Shown piece by piece: positions 19,580 through 29,722 of a stretch of DNA of 64,000 nt (position 1 is its first letter; each line of letters starts with the position of its first letter). The notes beneath the pieces are model-generated. The model was not told the origin of the DNA and searched no databases. It saw only the letters and a program-made list of their open reading frames with translations. Location of the stretch: positions 1,064 through 65,063 of the forward strand of contig JBKHDI010000013.1 in NCBI GenBank assembly GCA_046541415.1. The letters are read 5' to 3'. The DNA comes from Phycisphaerae bacterium. GTDB taxonomy: Bacteria; Planctomycetota; Phycisphaerae; SM23-33. The translations under genes were made by a program, and so were the position numbers.

Positions 19580-20881
19580 TCAGTCGTCCTTGCCCGTGCC
19601 GAGGGCTTCCTGGCTGAGGCGGACGGCGCACCAGTCCTTGCCGCACATCGAGCAGTAGTGTTCGTCTTCGGGCAGGTCGCGCCGGCGGAGATCGCGGGCG
19701 GTTTCGCCGTCGAAGGCCAGTTCGAACTGCTTCGCCCAGTCGAAGCGGGCGCGGGCGTCGGCCATCTTGTCGTCCCAGTCGCGGGCGCCGGGGCGTTTCA
19801 GGGCCACGTCGGCGGCGTGGGCGGCGATCTTGTAGGTGATGCAGCCGGTCTTGACGTCCTCGGGGGTCGGCAGGCCCAGGTGCTCTGCCGGGGTGACATA
19901 GCAGAGGAAGCTGGCGCCATGGTACGCGGCTGCGATGGCGCCCATCGCCGAGGTGATGTGGTCGTAGCCGGGGAAGACGTCGGTGACCACCGGGCCCAGG
20001 ACGTAGAACGGCGCGTCGTGGCAGACCTCCTGCTGACGCTTCATGTTCATCTCGATCTGGTCGTAGGGCACGTGGCCGGGGCCCTCGACGAGCACCTGCA
20101 CGCCGGCCTCGCGGCTGCGAAGGACCAACTCGCCCAGCACGTCCAGTTCGGCGAACTGGGCTTCGTCGGACGCATCGGCCAGGCAGCCGGGCCGCAGGCC
20201 GTCACCCAGCGAGATCGTCACGTCGTACTCGCGGCAGATGGCGCAGATCTCATCGTAGATCTCGTACATCGGGTTCTCGCGGCCGTGGTGTTTCATCCAC
20301 TTGGCCAGCAGCGACCCGCCACGCGAGCAGATGCCCATCTTCCGCCTGGCCGCCGCGGGCAGGTGGTCTCGCAGGATTCCGGCGTGGATGGTGAAGAAGT
20401 CCACGCCCTGGGCAGCCTGCTTTTCGACCGTCGCGAGGATCTGCTCGAAGGTCAACTCCTCGATGGGTCGATCGACGATCATCGAGTAGATCGGCACGGT
20501 GCCCAAACAGGCCGACGAATTGGCCAGCAGGAACCGCCGGGTCTCGTCCAGGTCCCCGCCGGTGGACAGGTCCATCACCGCATCGGCGCCGAACTGGACA
20601 GCCCATTGCAGCTTGTGCAGCTCGTGCTCCTTGCAGATCGAAAGCGGGGAAGCGCCGAGATTGGCATTGATTTTCGTCGTCACGGCCCGGCCTACGGCGC
20701 AAGGCTTGAGCTTCGTTTCCGAGCCTTCGACCCCGGCGATGTGGAGGCGGTTGGCGGGAATCACCAGCCGACCGGCGGCCAGTTCTTCGCGGATAGTCTG
20801 GGCGGGGAGGTTTTCCTTCTCGGCGACTGCCTGCATTTCGGGGGAGATCTCTCCCCGGCAGGCCTGGAGGTATTGAGTCAT
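19580..20881 (-). CDS. thiC: Phosphomethylpyrimidine synthase ThiC
   Basis: MTQYLQACRGEISPEMQAVAEKENL...VPIYSMI...C-terminal CSMCG(K)DWC radical-SAM-like cluster motif. Start at the ATG ending 20881. The longer track ORF to 21466 is rejected. Confidence 0.9.
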   Translation of the reverse strand: MTQYLQACRGEISPEMQAVAEKENLPAQTIREELAAGRLVIPANRLHIAGVEGSETKLKPCAVGRAVTTKINANLGASPLSICKEHELHKLQWAVQFGADAVMDLSTGGDLDETRRFLLANSSACLGTVPIYSMIVDRPIEELTFEQILATVEKQAAQGVDFFTIHAGILRDHLPAAARRKMGICSRGGSLLAKWMKHHGRENPMYEIYDEICAICREYDVTISLGDGLRPGCLADASDEAQFAELDVLGELVLRSREAGVQVLVEGPGHVPYDQIEMNMKRQQEVCHDAPFYVLGPVVTDVFPGYDHITSAMGAIAAAYHGASFLCYVTPAEHLGLPTPEDVKTGCITYKIAAHAADVALKRPGARDWDDKMADARARFDWAKQFELAFDGETARDLRRRDLPEDEHYCSMCGKDWCAVRLSQEALGTGKDD

Positions 20882-20964
20882 GGGAGGCTTTCGCGAGCTT
20901 GAGGGCCCTGTCCGGGACGCTGAAGCCCGGCCAGGGGGCCCGGGCGGCGGACAGAGGCCGGTTT

Positions 20965-21070
20965 GTCTTCGGTTGGCTTTCCTACGCAGGGTCCCGCCGC
21001 AATCGCGGCGGTGGCTGATCAGGTTCCAAGGGTCGTTTCTCAGTCCCGAGATCCATCGGGACGCCCCTAG
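20965..21070 (-). ncRNA. TPP (THI-box) riboswitch in the thiC 5' leader
   Basis: Minus-strand RNA: GGGGCGUCCC...CUGAGA...CCUUGGAACCUGAUCAGCC...CUGCGUAGGAAAG. Conserved CUGAGA, ACCUGAUC and GCGUAGGAA blocks. Confidence 0.7.
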
Positions 21071-21340
21071 CACAACCACGGGGCCATTGTAGCAGCCGAA
21101 GGCCCGCATCGCAAAGGCCTGTGCGGGCCCATTGGCCCGGGCCGAGACAATTACAGGCCCCCAAAAGGCTTGTCGCTTGCGAGAACCGGTCAATCCGGTC
21201 GAGGCAGCTGTAGCGGCGGGGCGGTTTGTGACGGATTTTCCCTTTTTCTCGTGTGTTATTTCAGTAGGGCCTGCCGGTGGTCGATGCAAGCACCAGAGAA
21301 CGAACTTCCACAGGCCTTTCGGGGACGAAGGATCAAGATC

Positions 21341-22324
21341 ATGCGAAATCGAACCGTCTATCTTTGCGCGCTGAGTGTGCTGGCCCTGGTTTCCGTCGCG
21401 GCCGGCGAAATCACCTGGTCGGTCGAATACACCGATGCTGCCGGTTCGGGCTTCTACGACGCCCAATTGGGCTCGGCCCGCCAGGCTGCCTTCCAGCGCG
21501 CGCTGGATGCCTGGTCCTTCGTGCTCAACAGCAACGTGACGATCCGCCTGAAAGCCGGCTTCGAAAGCCTCGGCGGCTCGACCACCAACGCCACCCTCGG
21601 CTCAGCCGCGCCGGACGGCGTGTACAAGGACTTCGCCGGCGCAGCCGCCGGGGTCTACTACCCCGCTGCCCTGGCCGATGCGATCGCCGGGGCCGAACTG
21701 GGCAGCGGCGCCAGCGACATGCACATGACCTTCAACGTCGATATCGACGGATACGCCCTGGGCGATGCCGGCTGGAGCTACGCCGAAGACGGCCCGACCC
21801 GCGCCGGCGATATCGACTTCCAGACCGTGGCCATGCACGAGATCGCACACGGGCTGGGCTTCTACGCGACGTTCAAGGCCGATGGCAGTTACGGGATCTA
21901 CGGCGGGACGCCGATGATCATGGACACGCTGCTGGTCACGGCCGACGGCGTCCGACTGATCGACCAGCAGACCGACAGCGAAACCGTCACCGGCGATGTC
22001 TACTTCGCCGGCGAAAATGCTGTAGAAGAGTGGACCAAGATCGATCGTTCCGGCCTGCCGGTGATGTACGCCCCGTACCTGTTCAGTGCGTCTTCCAGCC
22101 TCTCGCACGTGGATACCAAGTGGTTCCGCGGCCCGTACAGCCTGATGCGTCCCTGGTACGACGACTACGCGATCCGCATGGTCGACAACATCACCCTGGG
22201 CATGCTGGAGGACATGGGCTGGTCGGTCAATTACCCCCACGCCCCCGAGCCGACGGTCACGGTGATCCTGGCGATGACGGGCCTGCTGGTCCTGCGTCGC
22301 CGGCGTGTGCTAAAGGCCCGGTAA
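21341..22324 (+). CDS. Secreted HExxH zinc-metallopeptidase-like protein with C-terminal PEP-CTERM sorting domain
   Basis: Signal peptide MRNRTVYLCALSVLALVSVAAG. VAMHEIAHGLGF HExxH motif. C-terminal PEP-TVTVILAMTGLLVLRRRR (PEP motif, TM helix, Arg cluster). Confidence 0.6.
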   Translation: MRNRTVYLCALSVLALVSVAAGEITWSVEYTDAAGSGFYDAQLGSARQAAFQRALDAWSFVLNSNVTIRLKAGFESLGGSTTNATLGSAAPDGVYKDFAGAAAGVYYPAALADAIAGAELGSGASDMHMTFNVDIDGYALGDAGWSYAEDGPTRAGDIDFQTVAMHEIAHGLGFYATFKADGSYGIYGGTPMIMDTLLVTADGVRLIDQQTDSETVTGDVYFAGENAVEEWTKIDRSGLPVMYAPYLFSASSSLSHVDTKWFRGPYSLMRPWYDDYAIRMVDNITLGMLEDMGWSVNYPHAPEPTVTVILAMTGLLVLRRRRVLKAR

Positions 22325-23095
22325 AGTCTCAGGTCCCTCGCGGCGGATCTCGTAGCTTCGAAGCTGGTCCCGCAGTTCGGCCGCGTCTTCGTAGCGTTCC
22401 TCGCGGACGGCCCGGGCCAGCTCCCGCTCGAGGTGTTCGACCGGGTCGACGGGGATCTTGTCCTCGATGTCCCGGGCCATCTCCTCCAGAATGCCGATCT
22501 CCCGCGAGTTCTCCGCCTGGGCCCCCATGGCCAGGGAGTGGAAGTGGTCGCGAATGCTGGCAATCGCGTCGGTCAGCACGCGGAGGGCCTTCTTGGGCTG
22601 GTTGGCGTCCAGGGCCAGGTGCACCTTCGCCCGGGCGTTCATCATCAGCACATAAGGACGGTAGGGTTCCTGGGCCATCTGGTCGGCCTCTTCGGCAGCG
22701 TAGCGCCGGCAGAGGTCGAAAACCCTGAGGTTCCGGGCGGTGTCGCGCTGGACGGTCTGGTAGTCTTCCAGCACGAAGGCCGAGAGGTACCGGTGGTAGT
22801 ACATGACGGCCTCGGCCCGGAGCTTCTCACACGTGGGGCCGTCCAGGGCAAAGCCCTTCTCCGAACCGTGGCTGCGCTCGTAGTGGCGGCGGCGGTGCTC
22901 GTAGTAATCCAGCAGCGACTCGTGGCCGAAGGGCCTGTGGCCGTCGGGGCGGCCCGAGGCTTCCATCTGCAGCAGCCCCAGGTCCAGGCGCAACTGGATC
23001 TTCTCCTTGCCGTCTTTGCCGATGATCTTGCGGACGTTGAGTTGGCCCGGCTCGAAGGGCCAGCCATCGAGAATCGATTGGATGTCCAGGTTCAT
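22310..23095 (-). CDS. Hypothetical protein with C-terminal UVR (UvrB/UvrC-motif) domain
   Basis: C-terminal EERYEDAAELRDQLRSYE matches the UVR motif. The N-terminal 200 aa have no recognisable motif. Confidence 0.45.
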   Translation of the reverse strand: MNLDIQSILDGWPFEPGQLNVRKIIGKDGKEKIQLRLDLGLLQMEASGRPDGHRPFGHESLLDYYEHRRRHYERSHGSEKGFALDGPTCEKLRAEAVMYYHRYLSAFVLEDYQTVQRDTARNLRVFDLCRRYAAEEADQMAQEPYRPYVLMMNARAKVHLALDANQPKKALRVLTDAIASIRDHFHSLAMGAQAENSREIGILEEMARDIEDKIPVDPVEHLERELARAVREERYEDAAELRDQLRSYEIRREGPETLPGL

Positions 23096-23141
23096 GTCGG
23101 CTCCGGCCAGCGTTTGGCCCAGACACGCACGGCGGCGCTAG

Positions 23142-23897
23142 TTACTGCGTCTGCAAGTCCAGCAGCTCAACCTGCCAGATCGGATCATCGCCCAGCAGCA
23201 CGTACCTGCCGATGCTGCGGGATTCCATCCGGGCAGGCAGTCTCAGCCCATCGGGCAGGTCCGTCCACTGATAGATTGTTACACTGCCTTGTTCACCGGG
23301 AATATCGGAACCGGCCGTGACGAACCTGAGCAGATTCGTCTGCGGATCGACGTAGTAGGCCTGGGTCCGGCGGGTGTTTTCGGTCACCTGCAGCCTCGCC
23401 ATGCGCAGGCCACCGACCATGGCTGGACCGGTCAGGCGGGGTTTCTCGGCCGGGCCCACCAGGTTCCATGGGCCGTACAATCGGTGGGCCACCTGCGACA
23501 GGGCCCCGACGATAGCCTGGCGCCGCTGGGCCGGCAGGTTCGTATCTTCGCCGGCCGAGGCGTCGTAGCGGTTGACGGTGACCTTCCAGGGCCCACGGGC
23601 GGTCTGGGACCAGACGGTCAGCTTACCTGTCGGGACGTCGAGCAAGGCCCGACCCGAGAGAACGTATCGCCCCCGGGAGGGGTCGAAGACCGACAGGACC
23701 AGGTGCATGCGGATCTGGCCGAGCCGGCTCCAGGCTTCGGGGCCGCCGACAGCGTCGATGGCGCTGCGGACAACAGGCCCCGTTGTTTCATCCAACTGCT
23801 CCAGCCTCTGCTGGTCGGTCGAGAAGGAGGCGTTTTCGCAGCCGGCCAGGGCCATCGACCCGGCCAGAACGATCCACCCGATACGTTGCCATCTCAT
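23142..23897 (-). CDS. Hypothetical lipoprotein
   Basis: Signal peptide with lipobox MALAGC. No other motif. Confidence 0.4.
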   Translation of the reverse strand: MRWQRIGWIVLAGSMALAGCENASFSTDQQRLEQLDETTGPVVRSAIDAVGGPEAWSRLGQIRMHLVLSVFDPSRGRYVLSGRALLDVPTGKLTVWSQTARGPWKVTVNRYDASAGEDTNLPAQRRQAIVGALSQVAHRLYGPWNLVGPAEKPRLTGPAMVGGLRMARLQVTENTRRTQAYYVDPQTNLLRFVTAGSDIPGEQGSVTIYQWTDLPDGLRLPARMESRSIGRYVLLGDDPIWQVELLDLQTQ

Positions 23898-23932
23898 CTG
23901 AGACTCCCGTCTGGGCCCCGGTGTGGGGCAGG

Positions 23933-24472
23933 TCAGGCCAACTCGGCTTCCAATTGGTTCAGGGCACGGCGGTTGGCCAGTTTGGCCACGCGGCTCATCC
24001 GGTCGACCAGCAGCCTTCCGTCCAGGTGGTCCGACTCGTGCTCGAAGATCCTGGCGGTCAATTGCTCGCCGGTCTCCTCGAAGACCATGCCGTCCAGGCC
24101 TGTAGCGCGGATCGTAACGCGGTCGTGGCGGCGGACTTTACAGTGAATGTCGGGGAAGCTCAGGCAGCCTTCATCGCCGTCCTGCCTGCCGTCGACGTCG
24201 ATGATCTGGGGGTTGATGTAGACCCGCCGGTCGGAGGTGTCGAACGTCGGCGAGGAGACGAAAAGCCGCACCGTGATGCCCACCTGCGGAGCGGCCAGGC
24301 CCACGCCCCGGCTGGCGAACATCAACTCGAACATCCTCTCGACCAGTTCGGCGATAACCGGGTCGGTCGGGTCGTCTACCGGCGTGCAGACCTCGCGGAG
24401 TCGCGGGTCGGGGTAGTGGATAATCTCGAGGCTGGGCAGGTCGACGGCGTGGATTTTCTCGTTGCTGCTCAT
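23933..24472 (-). CDS. def: Peptide deformylase
   Basis: GVGLAAPQVG, EGCLSFP and HESDHLDG motifs. Confidence 0.9.
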   Translation of the reverse strand: MSSNEKIHAVDLPSLEIIHYPDPRLREVCTPVDDPTDPVIAELVERMFELMFASRGVGLAAPQVGITVRLFVSSPTFDTSDRRVYINPQIIDVDGRQDGDEGCLSFPDIHCKVRRHDRVTIRATGLDGMVFEETGEQLTARIFEHESDHLDGRLLVDRMSRVAKLANRRALNQLEAELA

Positions 24473-24569
24473 AACAGTCCATCATACCGGGCTGGGAGAA
24501 AGTGAATCAAGTCCGCCTTTGTACTGTTTGCTTCCTAAGGTGTTCGTGATACAATCCGAAAACTAGGAT

Positions 24570-25364
24570 GTGACCTTCCCTGTTGGCTGCTCTGCCCGCC
24601 TTCAAGGCCTCTCCGATGACGCCGCCGCGTCCAGTCGGGCAGGCCTTGGCGGCGTGCGGGCCTTTCTCAGGAGCTGCATCGTGGAACCAGCCGCTACGCA
24701 GCGTTGCCAGACGCAACTCGGATACGAATTCAAAAACCCGGACCTGCTGGAGATTGCACTGACCCACGCCTCGGTCGCTGCCTCCCGGACCTTGTCCAAT
24801 GAACGGATGGAGTTCCTCGGCGACTCGGTGCTGGGCCTGGTGGTCTGCCAGGAGCTTTACGAGGCCTTTCCCGACAGCCTCGAAGGGGAAATGACCCGCG
24901 TCAAATCCGCCGTCGTCTCCCGCCAAACCTGCGCGGAAGTCGCAGACGAAATCGGCCTGCCCGAGATGCTCATGCTCGGCAAGGGGATGAGCCAGCCCGA
25001 ACTGCCGACCTCCGTGGCCGCGGCCGTCTTCGAGTCCCTCATCGGCGCCATCTACATCGACGGCGGTCTGGAACCGGCGCAGAACTTCATCCTGACCCAC
25101 CTCCGCAATCGCATCGACGAGGCGATGGCCTCGGAGCACCAGCAGAATTACAAGGCCAAGCTCCAGCAGTACGCCCAGCGGCGCTGGGGCAGGACCCCGG
25201 AATACCAGTTGCTGGACGAGAAGGGGCCCGACCACTCGAAGTGCTTCGAGATCGCCGTCGCCGTCGACGGGCGCCACTTTCCCAGCGCCTGGGGCCCGAG
25301 CAAGAAAGAGTCCGAACAGAAGGCCGCCCTGGCCGCCCTGATCGAACTGGGCCTGGAAGACTGA
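24570..25364 (+). CDS. rnc: Ribonuclease III
   Basis: ERMEFLGDSVLGLVVCQELY signature plus C-terminal dsRBD. The true start may be the in-frame GTG at 24681 (VEPAATQRCQTQLGYEFKNPDLLEIALTHAS). Confidence 0.85.
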   Translation: MTFPVGCSARLQGLSDDAAASSRAGLGGVRAFLRSCIVEPAATQRCQTQLGYEFKNPDLLEIALTHASVAASRTLSNERMEFLGDSVLGLVVCQELYEAFPDSLEGEMTRVKSAVVSRQTCAEVADEIGLPEMLMLGKGMSQPELPTSVAAAVFESLIGAIYIDGGLEPAQNFILTHLRNRIDEAMASEHQQNYKAKLQQYAQRRWGRTPEYQLLDEKGPDHSKCFEIAVAVDGRHFPSAWGPSKKESEQKAALAALIELGLED

Positions 25365-25601
25365 CACCCCGGGCCGGGAAAACCTGCGGAATTCCACAAC
25401 ACCCGGTGGAAAGCGCCAAATCGCTCTGGTAGTATGAGTGGAAGATCCCGCAGATTCCCTGCAGAACCGGTGCATCCGGCAGAGGCCGCAGGCCCACCGG
25501 CCGATGGGGCGGGATTCTTCCAAAAATAGCGTGCCTTCCCTGGTTTTCTCTGGTCGACCCCCACGGGCCTGACCGATAGAGATTCTGAGGGAGGGCTCAA
25601 G

Positions 25602-26144
25602 ATGCCCCAGTTAGCGAAAATCGGACAATCGATCATGGCTCAGCCGCGTACAATTCGAACGCTGGTGGCCCTTGTGGTCTGCATGACCCTGGGCACCGTG
25701 GCGCTGGTGGCCATGCAGACCGAGCCGATCCGCTCGCCCCTGTTCGAATTGGCCGCGGTGACCCATTCCCAGCCCGACATGGGCCAGATCCTCCAGGCCG
25801 ACCTGCCCATCGACGAGCAGCGCTGGAACAACATCATCTGGTACGAGGGCCCGGAGACCGCCGCCCTGGCCGGCCGCTGCCACTTCGTCATCCACCTGGA
25901 TTCCCAGGGCGGTTCGACCATCGAAGCCCAGGCCGCCTGGAAACAGCAGCAGATCACCTACCACGCCGTCGCCGGCGGGCCGAAAGACTGGAACGCCGAC
26001 AGCATCGGCATCTACGTCGTCCGCAACGGCCAAAGCCGTGCCGCGGTCCGCAACGCACTCCAGCGGATCTGCCCCCTGCTGCAGGAATACTGCCGCATCC
26101 CCTCAGACCGCCTCTACAATCAGACCGACCTGGGCCTGCACTGA
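25602..26144 (+). CDS. Membrane-anchored protein, possible amidase_2 (N-acetylmuramoyl-L-alanine amidase/PGRP-like) domain
   Basis: N-terminal TM anchor. HFVIH...WNADSIGI resembles the NxxSIGIE block of amidase_2. Weak call. Confidence 0.3.
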   Translation: MPQLAKIGQSIMAQPRTIRTLVALVVCMTLGTVALVAMQTEPIRSPLFELAAVTHSQPDMGQILQADLPIDEQRWNNIIWYEGPETAALAGRCHFVIHLDSQGGSTIEAQAAWKQQQITYHAVAGGPKDWNADSIGIYVVRNGQSRAAVRNALQRICPLLQEYCRIPSDRLYNQTDLGLH

Positions 26145-26165
26145 GCAGCGACCGCACGAAACACC

Positions 26166-26198
26166 CCAAGCCCCGACAGATGCCGGGGCTTTTTCGTG
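26166..26198 (+). terminator. Rho-independent terminator
   Basis: AGCCCCG-acagatgc-CGGGGCT followed by TTTTT, just downstream of the 25602..26144 CDS. Confidence 0.55.
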
Positions 26199-26516
26199 CG
26201 CGCATAAAAAAGGACCGACGACTCCACCCTGGCCGTCGGCCTTCACCCGATGGGTGATCCCATCTTTTCTTCGGACGGTCCTCCCCGGCGCCTCGGCGAG
26301 TCTTTGACGCCCCGGGCCATCCGGAATCTTTGCCAACCCTATTATCGCATGGTTGCGGGCAGGGGGCAACAACTCAGATAAGAAATCGTGGACGCGCCGA
26401 TAAGAAAACCCACCGCGTCCCCCTCTTCCCGCCTGCCGATGCAGCAAAGCAGGCCACTGTGGTGGTATAATTCCCCCGTATCAACTGATTGCAATGGCAA
26501 AGGATATCGCTGATCT

Positions 26517-27941
26517 ATGTGGATGGACGTCTCACTGGCCCTGCTGCTGACCGACCTGGCGATCTGCCTTCTGATGCTTTTCATCGTGCCTCGAAACCGG
26601 GGGCCCGCGGCCGCGACGGCCTGGCTGCTGCTGATCTTCTTCGTCCCGATCGGCGGGCTGGTGCTCTACCTGCTGATCGGCCGAAACCCGCTGCCCCGCC
26701 GCCGGGTCAAGCATCACCAGCGGATCCTCGAATCGGTCAAGCAGGTCCGCCAGAGGCTCAACGAGAGCCCCAACACCGTCAGCCCCGATCTGCCTGCCGG
26801 GTTCAAGGGCTTTGTCGAACTGGCAGAGTCGCTGAGCAACATCCCCATTCTCGGCGGCAACGATGTCGACTTCCTGGCAGATCCCTACGAGGTAGTCGAC
26901 CGGATTGTCGCGGATATCGAATCGGCCAGGGATCATGTGAACCTGCTGTTCTACATCTTCCAGGACGATGACACCGGCTGGCGGGTGATCAACGCGCTGA
27001 TCGAGGCCGCCGGCCGCGGAGTCGAGGTCCGCCTGCTGGTCGACGCAGTCGGCTCGCGCAGCATCCTCCGCCGCCGGAAGTTGATCTGCCAGAAGGGTAT
27101 CGACATGCGCGCAGTTCTGCCGGTCGGGCTGTTCCGCCGGCGCTTCGCCCGTCTGGACGTCCGCAACCATCGCAAGATCGTCATCGTCGATGGGCAGATC
27201 GCCTGGACCGGGTCGCAGAACATCATCGATCCGGACTACGGTCAGGATGGCAGCCAGTTCGAGGATACCATGGTCCGCCTCCGTGGTCCGGCCGTGATGG
27301 AACTGCAGTTGATGTTCGCGGTAGACTGGTATTTCGAATCCGATGAGCTGCTCGAACAGCAACGCTTCTTCCCCGAGCCCCAGCGCGTCGGACAGGTCGC
27401 CGCCCAGGCCCTTCCCTCCGGGCCGAACTTTCCCAGCGAGAACTTCAGCCGCATCCTGCTGGCCGCCCTCTACGCCGCCCACCACCGCGTCGTGATGACC
27501 ACGCCCTACTTCGTGCCCGACAACGCGCTGCTCCAGGCGATGAACACCGCCTCCATGCGCGGCGTCCGGGTCGACCTGATCGTGCCCGAGAATACCGACC
27601 ACCTGGTCGTCGACGCAGCCGGCCATGCCTACTACGAACAACTGCTCAAAGAAGGCGTGCGGATCTACATCTACAAAAAGAACAACCTGCATTCGAAGCT
27701 CTTCAGCATCGATTCACAGATCTCTTTCGTCGGGTCGAGCAACTTCGACATCCGCTCATTCGTGCTGAACTTCGAGGCCAACATGCTGTTCTACGGCCCG
27801 GAGATGACCGAGAGGGTTCTCGCCCAGCAGGAGCACTACCTCGCCAACGCCGACGAACTGGATCTGGAGACCTGGCAGAACAGGCCCATGCTCCGCCGCT
27901 TCGCACAGAATTTGGCCAAGCTGACCAGCCCGCTTCTGTAG
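26517..27941 (+). CDS. cls: Cardiolipin synthase
   Basis: Two N-terminal TM helices. Two PLD HKD motifs (HRKIVIVDG...GSQN and HSKLFSIDS...GSSN). Confidence 0.85.
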   Translation: MWMDVSLALLLTDLAICLLMLFIVPRNRGPAAATAWLLLIFFVPIGGLVLYLLIGRNPLPRRRVKHHQRILESVKQVRQRLNESPNTVSPDLPAGFKGFVELAESLSNIPILGGNDVDFLADPYEVVDRIVADIESARDHVNLLFYIFQDDDTGWRVINALIEAAGRGVEVRLLVDAVGSRSILRRRKLICQKGIDMRAVLPVGLFRRRFARLDVRNHRKIVIVDGQIAWTGSQNIIDPDYGQDGSQFEDTMVRLRGPAVMELQLMFAVDWYFESDELLEQQRFFPEPQRVGQVAAQALPSGPNFPSENFSRILLAALYAAHHRVVMTTPYFVPDNALLQAMNTASMRGVRVDLIVPENTDHLVVDAAGHAYYEQLLKEGVRIYIYKKNNLHSKLFSIDSQISFVGSSNFDIRSFVLNFEANMLFYGPEMTERVLAQQEHYLANADELDLETWQNRPMLRRFAQNLAKLTSPLL

Positions 27942-27948
27942 GCGTAAA

Positions 27949-29067
27949 TCACGCCCCGTCGTGCTGCCCGATCGTCCGGATCAGCCTCGCCGGCTGGTGG
28001 GTATCTCCGACCTGCAGGCCCGGGCCCGCCTCCGTCCGGGCCGACTGGACCAGGCCCAGGGCGACCACCGCGGCGGCCCCCGGGCTGTATGTGCCGCTGG
28101 TGACCTGCCCGATCTGGTTGCCCTGCTCGTCACAGATCGACTCGCCCATCCGCGGGATGCGACCAGCAGAAGACACGCTGCCGCCTGCCTCGAAACGCAG
28201 CTGGACCAGGCGTCGGGCCGGGCCCTGCTGCTCGATCCTGCCCAGCGCCTCTGCTCCGATGCAATCGTGGTTCAGCCGCACGCATCGGCCCAGGCCCGCG
28301 GTGATCGGATCGATCATCTCGTTGATCTCGTGGCCGTAGCGGGCCAGGCCCGCCTCGATCCGCAGCACGTCGCGGGCTGCGTGGCCGATGGGATCGATGG
28401 CATTGTCCCCAGCCCGTTGGGTCATCAACGTCCAGGCCTGCCCGGCGAGCATCTTGGGCAGAATCACCTCCAGACCCCAGAGGCCGCAGTAGCTCGTCCG
28501 CGAAGCGACAATCCGAGCGACCAGGTAGTTGCCCACCCGCACCTGCCCCCGCGGGGCGGGGGAGATCGGCTCGGGCAGGATCGCATCCAGACGCTTTGCA
28601 GCATCGGGTCCGATGGCCGCCAGCTGACAGGTCTTGTCGGTCTGGTCGTCCAGCTTGATGTCGAAGTCGGCTGCGTGCAGTTGGAAATGCTCAGCTGTCT
28701 TCGCCCGGTTGCCCGCATCGCCGGTGTAGAGCCAGTCGCTTTCCAGCCGCAGCAGATAGCCGCAGTCGATCACCCCGCCGCGCCGGTTGCACAGACAGGT
28801 CAACTCGGCGGTGTTGTCCTCCTGGCGGACCGCGTCGTGGGTGAAGAGTCGTTCGAGGAAATCCACCGCCCCGTTGCCGCGAATGCGAAAGCGGGACAGG
28901 GGCGTAACGTCCAGCAGGGCCGCGGCCGAATGGGCCTGGTCGACTTCATCCAGCACGCTGGAGTAGACCAGCGGCAGGCGCCAGCCGGACTCGTCGGCGA
29001 ACTTGGCCTCCATCGCTTCGTGTCGCCCGTGCAGGGGCAGGTTCGCGGTGTCTTCCGTTTCATGCAT
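27949..29067 (-). CDS. Aminomethyltransferase (GcvT) family folate-binding protein
   Basis: GcvT-like blocks (...RTSYCGLWGLEVILP...RIEAGLARYGHE...). Start chosen at MHETED (ATG ending 29067). The track ORF extends to 29136. Confidence 0.55.
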   Translation of the reverse strand: MHETEDTANLPLHGRHEAMEAKFADESGWRLPLVYSSVLDEVDQAHSAAALLDVTPLSRFRIRGNGAVDFLERLFTHDAVRQEDNTAELTCLCNRRGGVIDCGYLLRLESDWLYTGDAGNRAKTAEHFQLHAADFDIKLDDQTDKTCQLAAIGPDAAKRLDAILPEPISPAPRGQVRVGNYLVARIVASRTSYCGLWGLEVILPKMLAGQAWTLMTQRAGDNAIDPIGHAARDVLRIEAGLARYGHEINEMIDPITAGLGRCVRLNHDCIGAEALGRIEQQGPARRLVQLRFEAGGSVSSAGRIPRMGESICDEQGNQIGQVTSGTYSPGAAAVVALGLVQSARTEAGPGLQVGDTHQPARLIRTIGQHDGA

Positions 29068-29302
29068 GGCCGGGTCTCGCTGTATTCGGTGTCTTCGTGC
29101 GGCCCTGAGCATAGGGACCGGCCGGGGGGCTGGCAAGGCGATCTGCTCGAGCGGGGGCAGGGAAAATCCTCACCGGATCTGCGCAATGTTTCGTCTCACT
29201 CGGGCCGATACGTACATTGGGTCGGGGCTGTCCGGTCGTCGTGTAAAGTTGTCCGGCGGCCGGACGGTCCCACTGTCTTCTGCCATCAGAAAGAGCCCCG
29301 CC

Positions 29303-29719
29303 ATGGAAGTCAACGCCGACAGGGATGCAAGCAGGATTCGCGATCTGGTTCGTCGCCAGGTCGACAAGCGGCAGGAACAGGCCCGGGAATGTCCCGAAGC
29401 CCCCGGGACCCCCATCCGCGAGATCGCCTCGCGCTACGACGTCCGCAATCTCCGGGCAGCGGATATGGATTCGCTCAGCCAGGAGCTCTACTCCATCGGC
29501 GCCATCGGCTTCCAGGACCGGGCCCTGCTGAGTCTCCAGGGCACGGACCTGCCCGACCAGCAGATGCGGGATTACATCGAAATCTGGCAGGAAACGGTCT
29601 GTCGTCACGAGAGCTTCGGCGTCAACCGCCAGGCCGTCCAGCGCGCAGAGCGGCTGCTGAAGATTCTGCTGCACATCGACCAGCTCCACCGGGCATCCGG
29701 CCAGGCCATCAGCGCCTGA
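29303..29719 (+). CDS. Hypothetical protein
   Basis: ATG at 29303 in frame with the track ORF 29003..29719. No recognisable motifs. Confidence 0.3.
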   Translation: MEVNADRDASRIRDLVRRQVDKRQEQARECPEAPGTPIREIASRYDVRNLRAADMDSLSQELYSIGAIGFQDRALLSLQGTDLPDQQMRDYIEIWQETVCRHESFGVNRQAVQRAERLLKILLHIDQLHRASGQAISA

Positions 29720-29722
29720 ACC

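Noticed and set aside
19451-20902. 483-aa plus-strand ORF
   Set aside because: Antisense to thiC.
20882-21466. N-terminal 195-aa extension of the thiC ORF
   Set aside because: Low-complexity translation. Region contains a TPP riboswitch. Conserved ThiC N-terminus begins at MTQYLQ.
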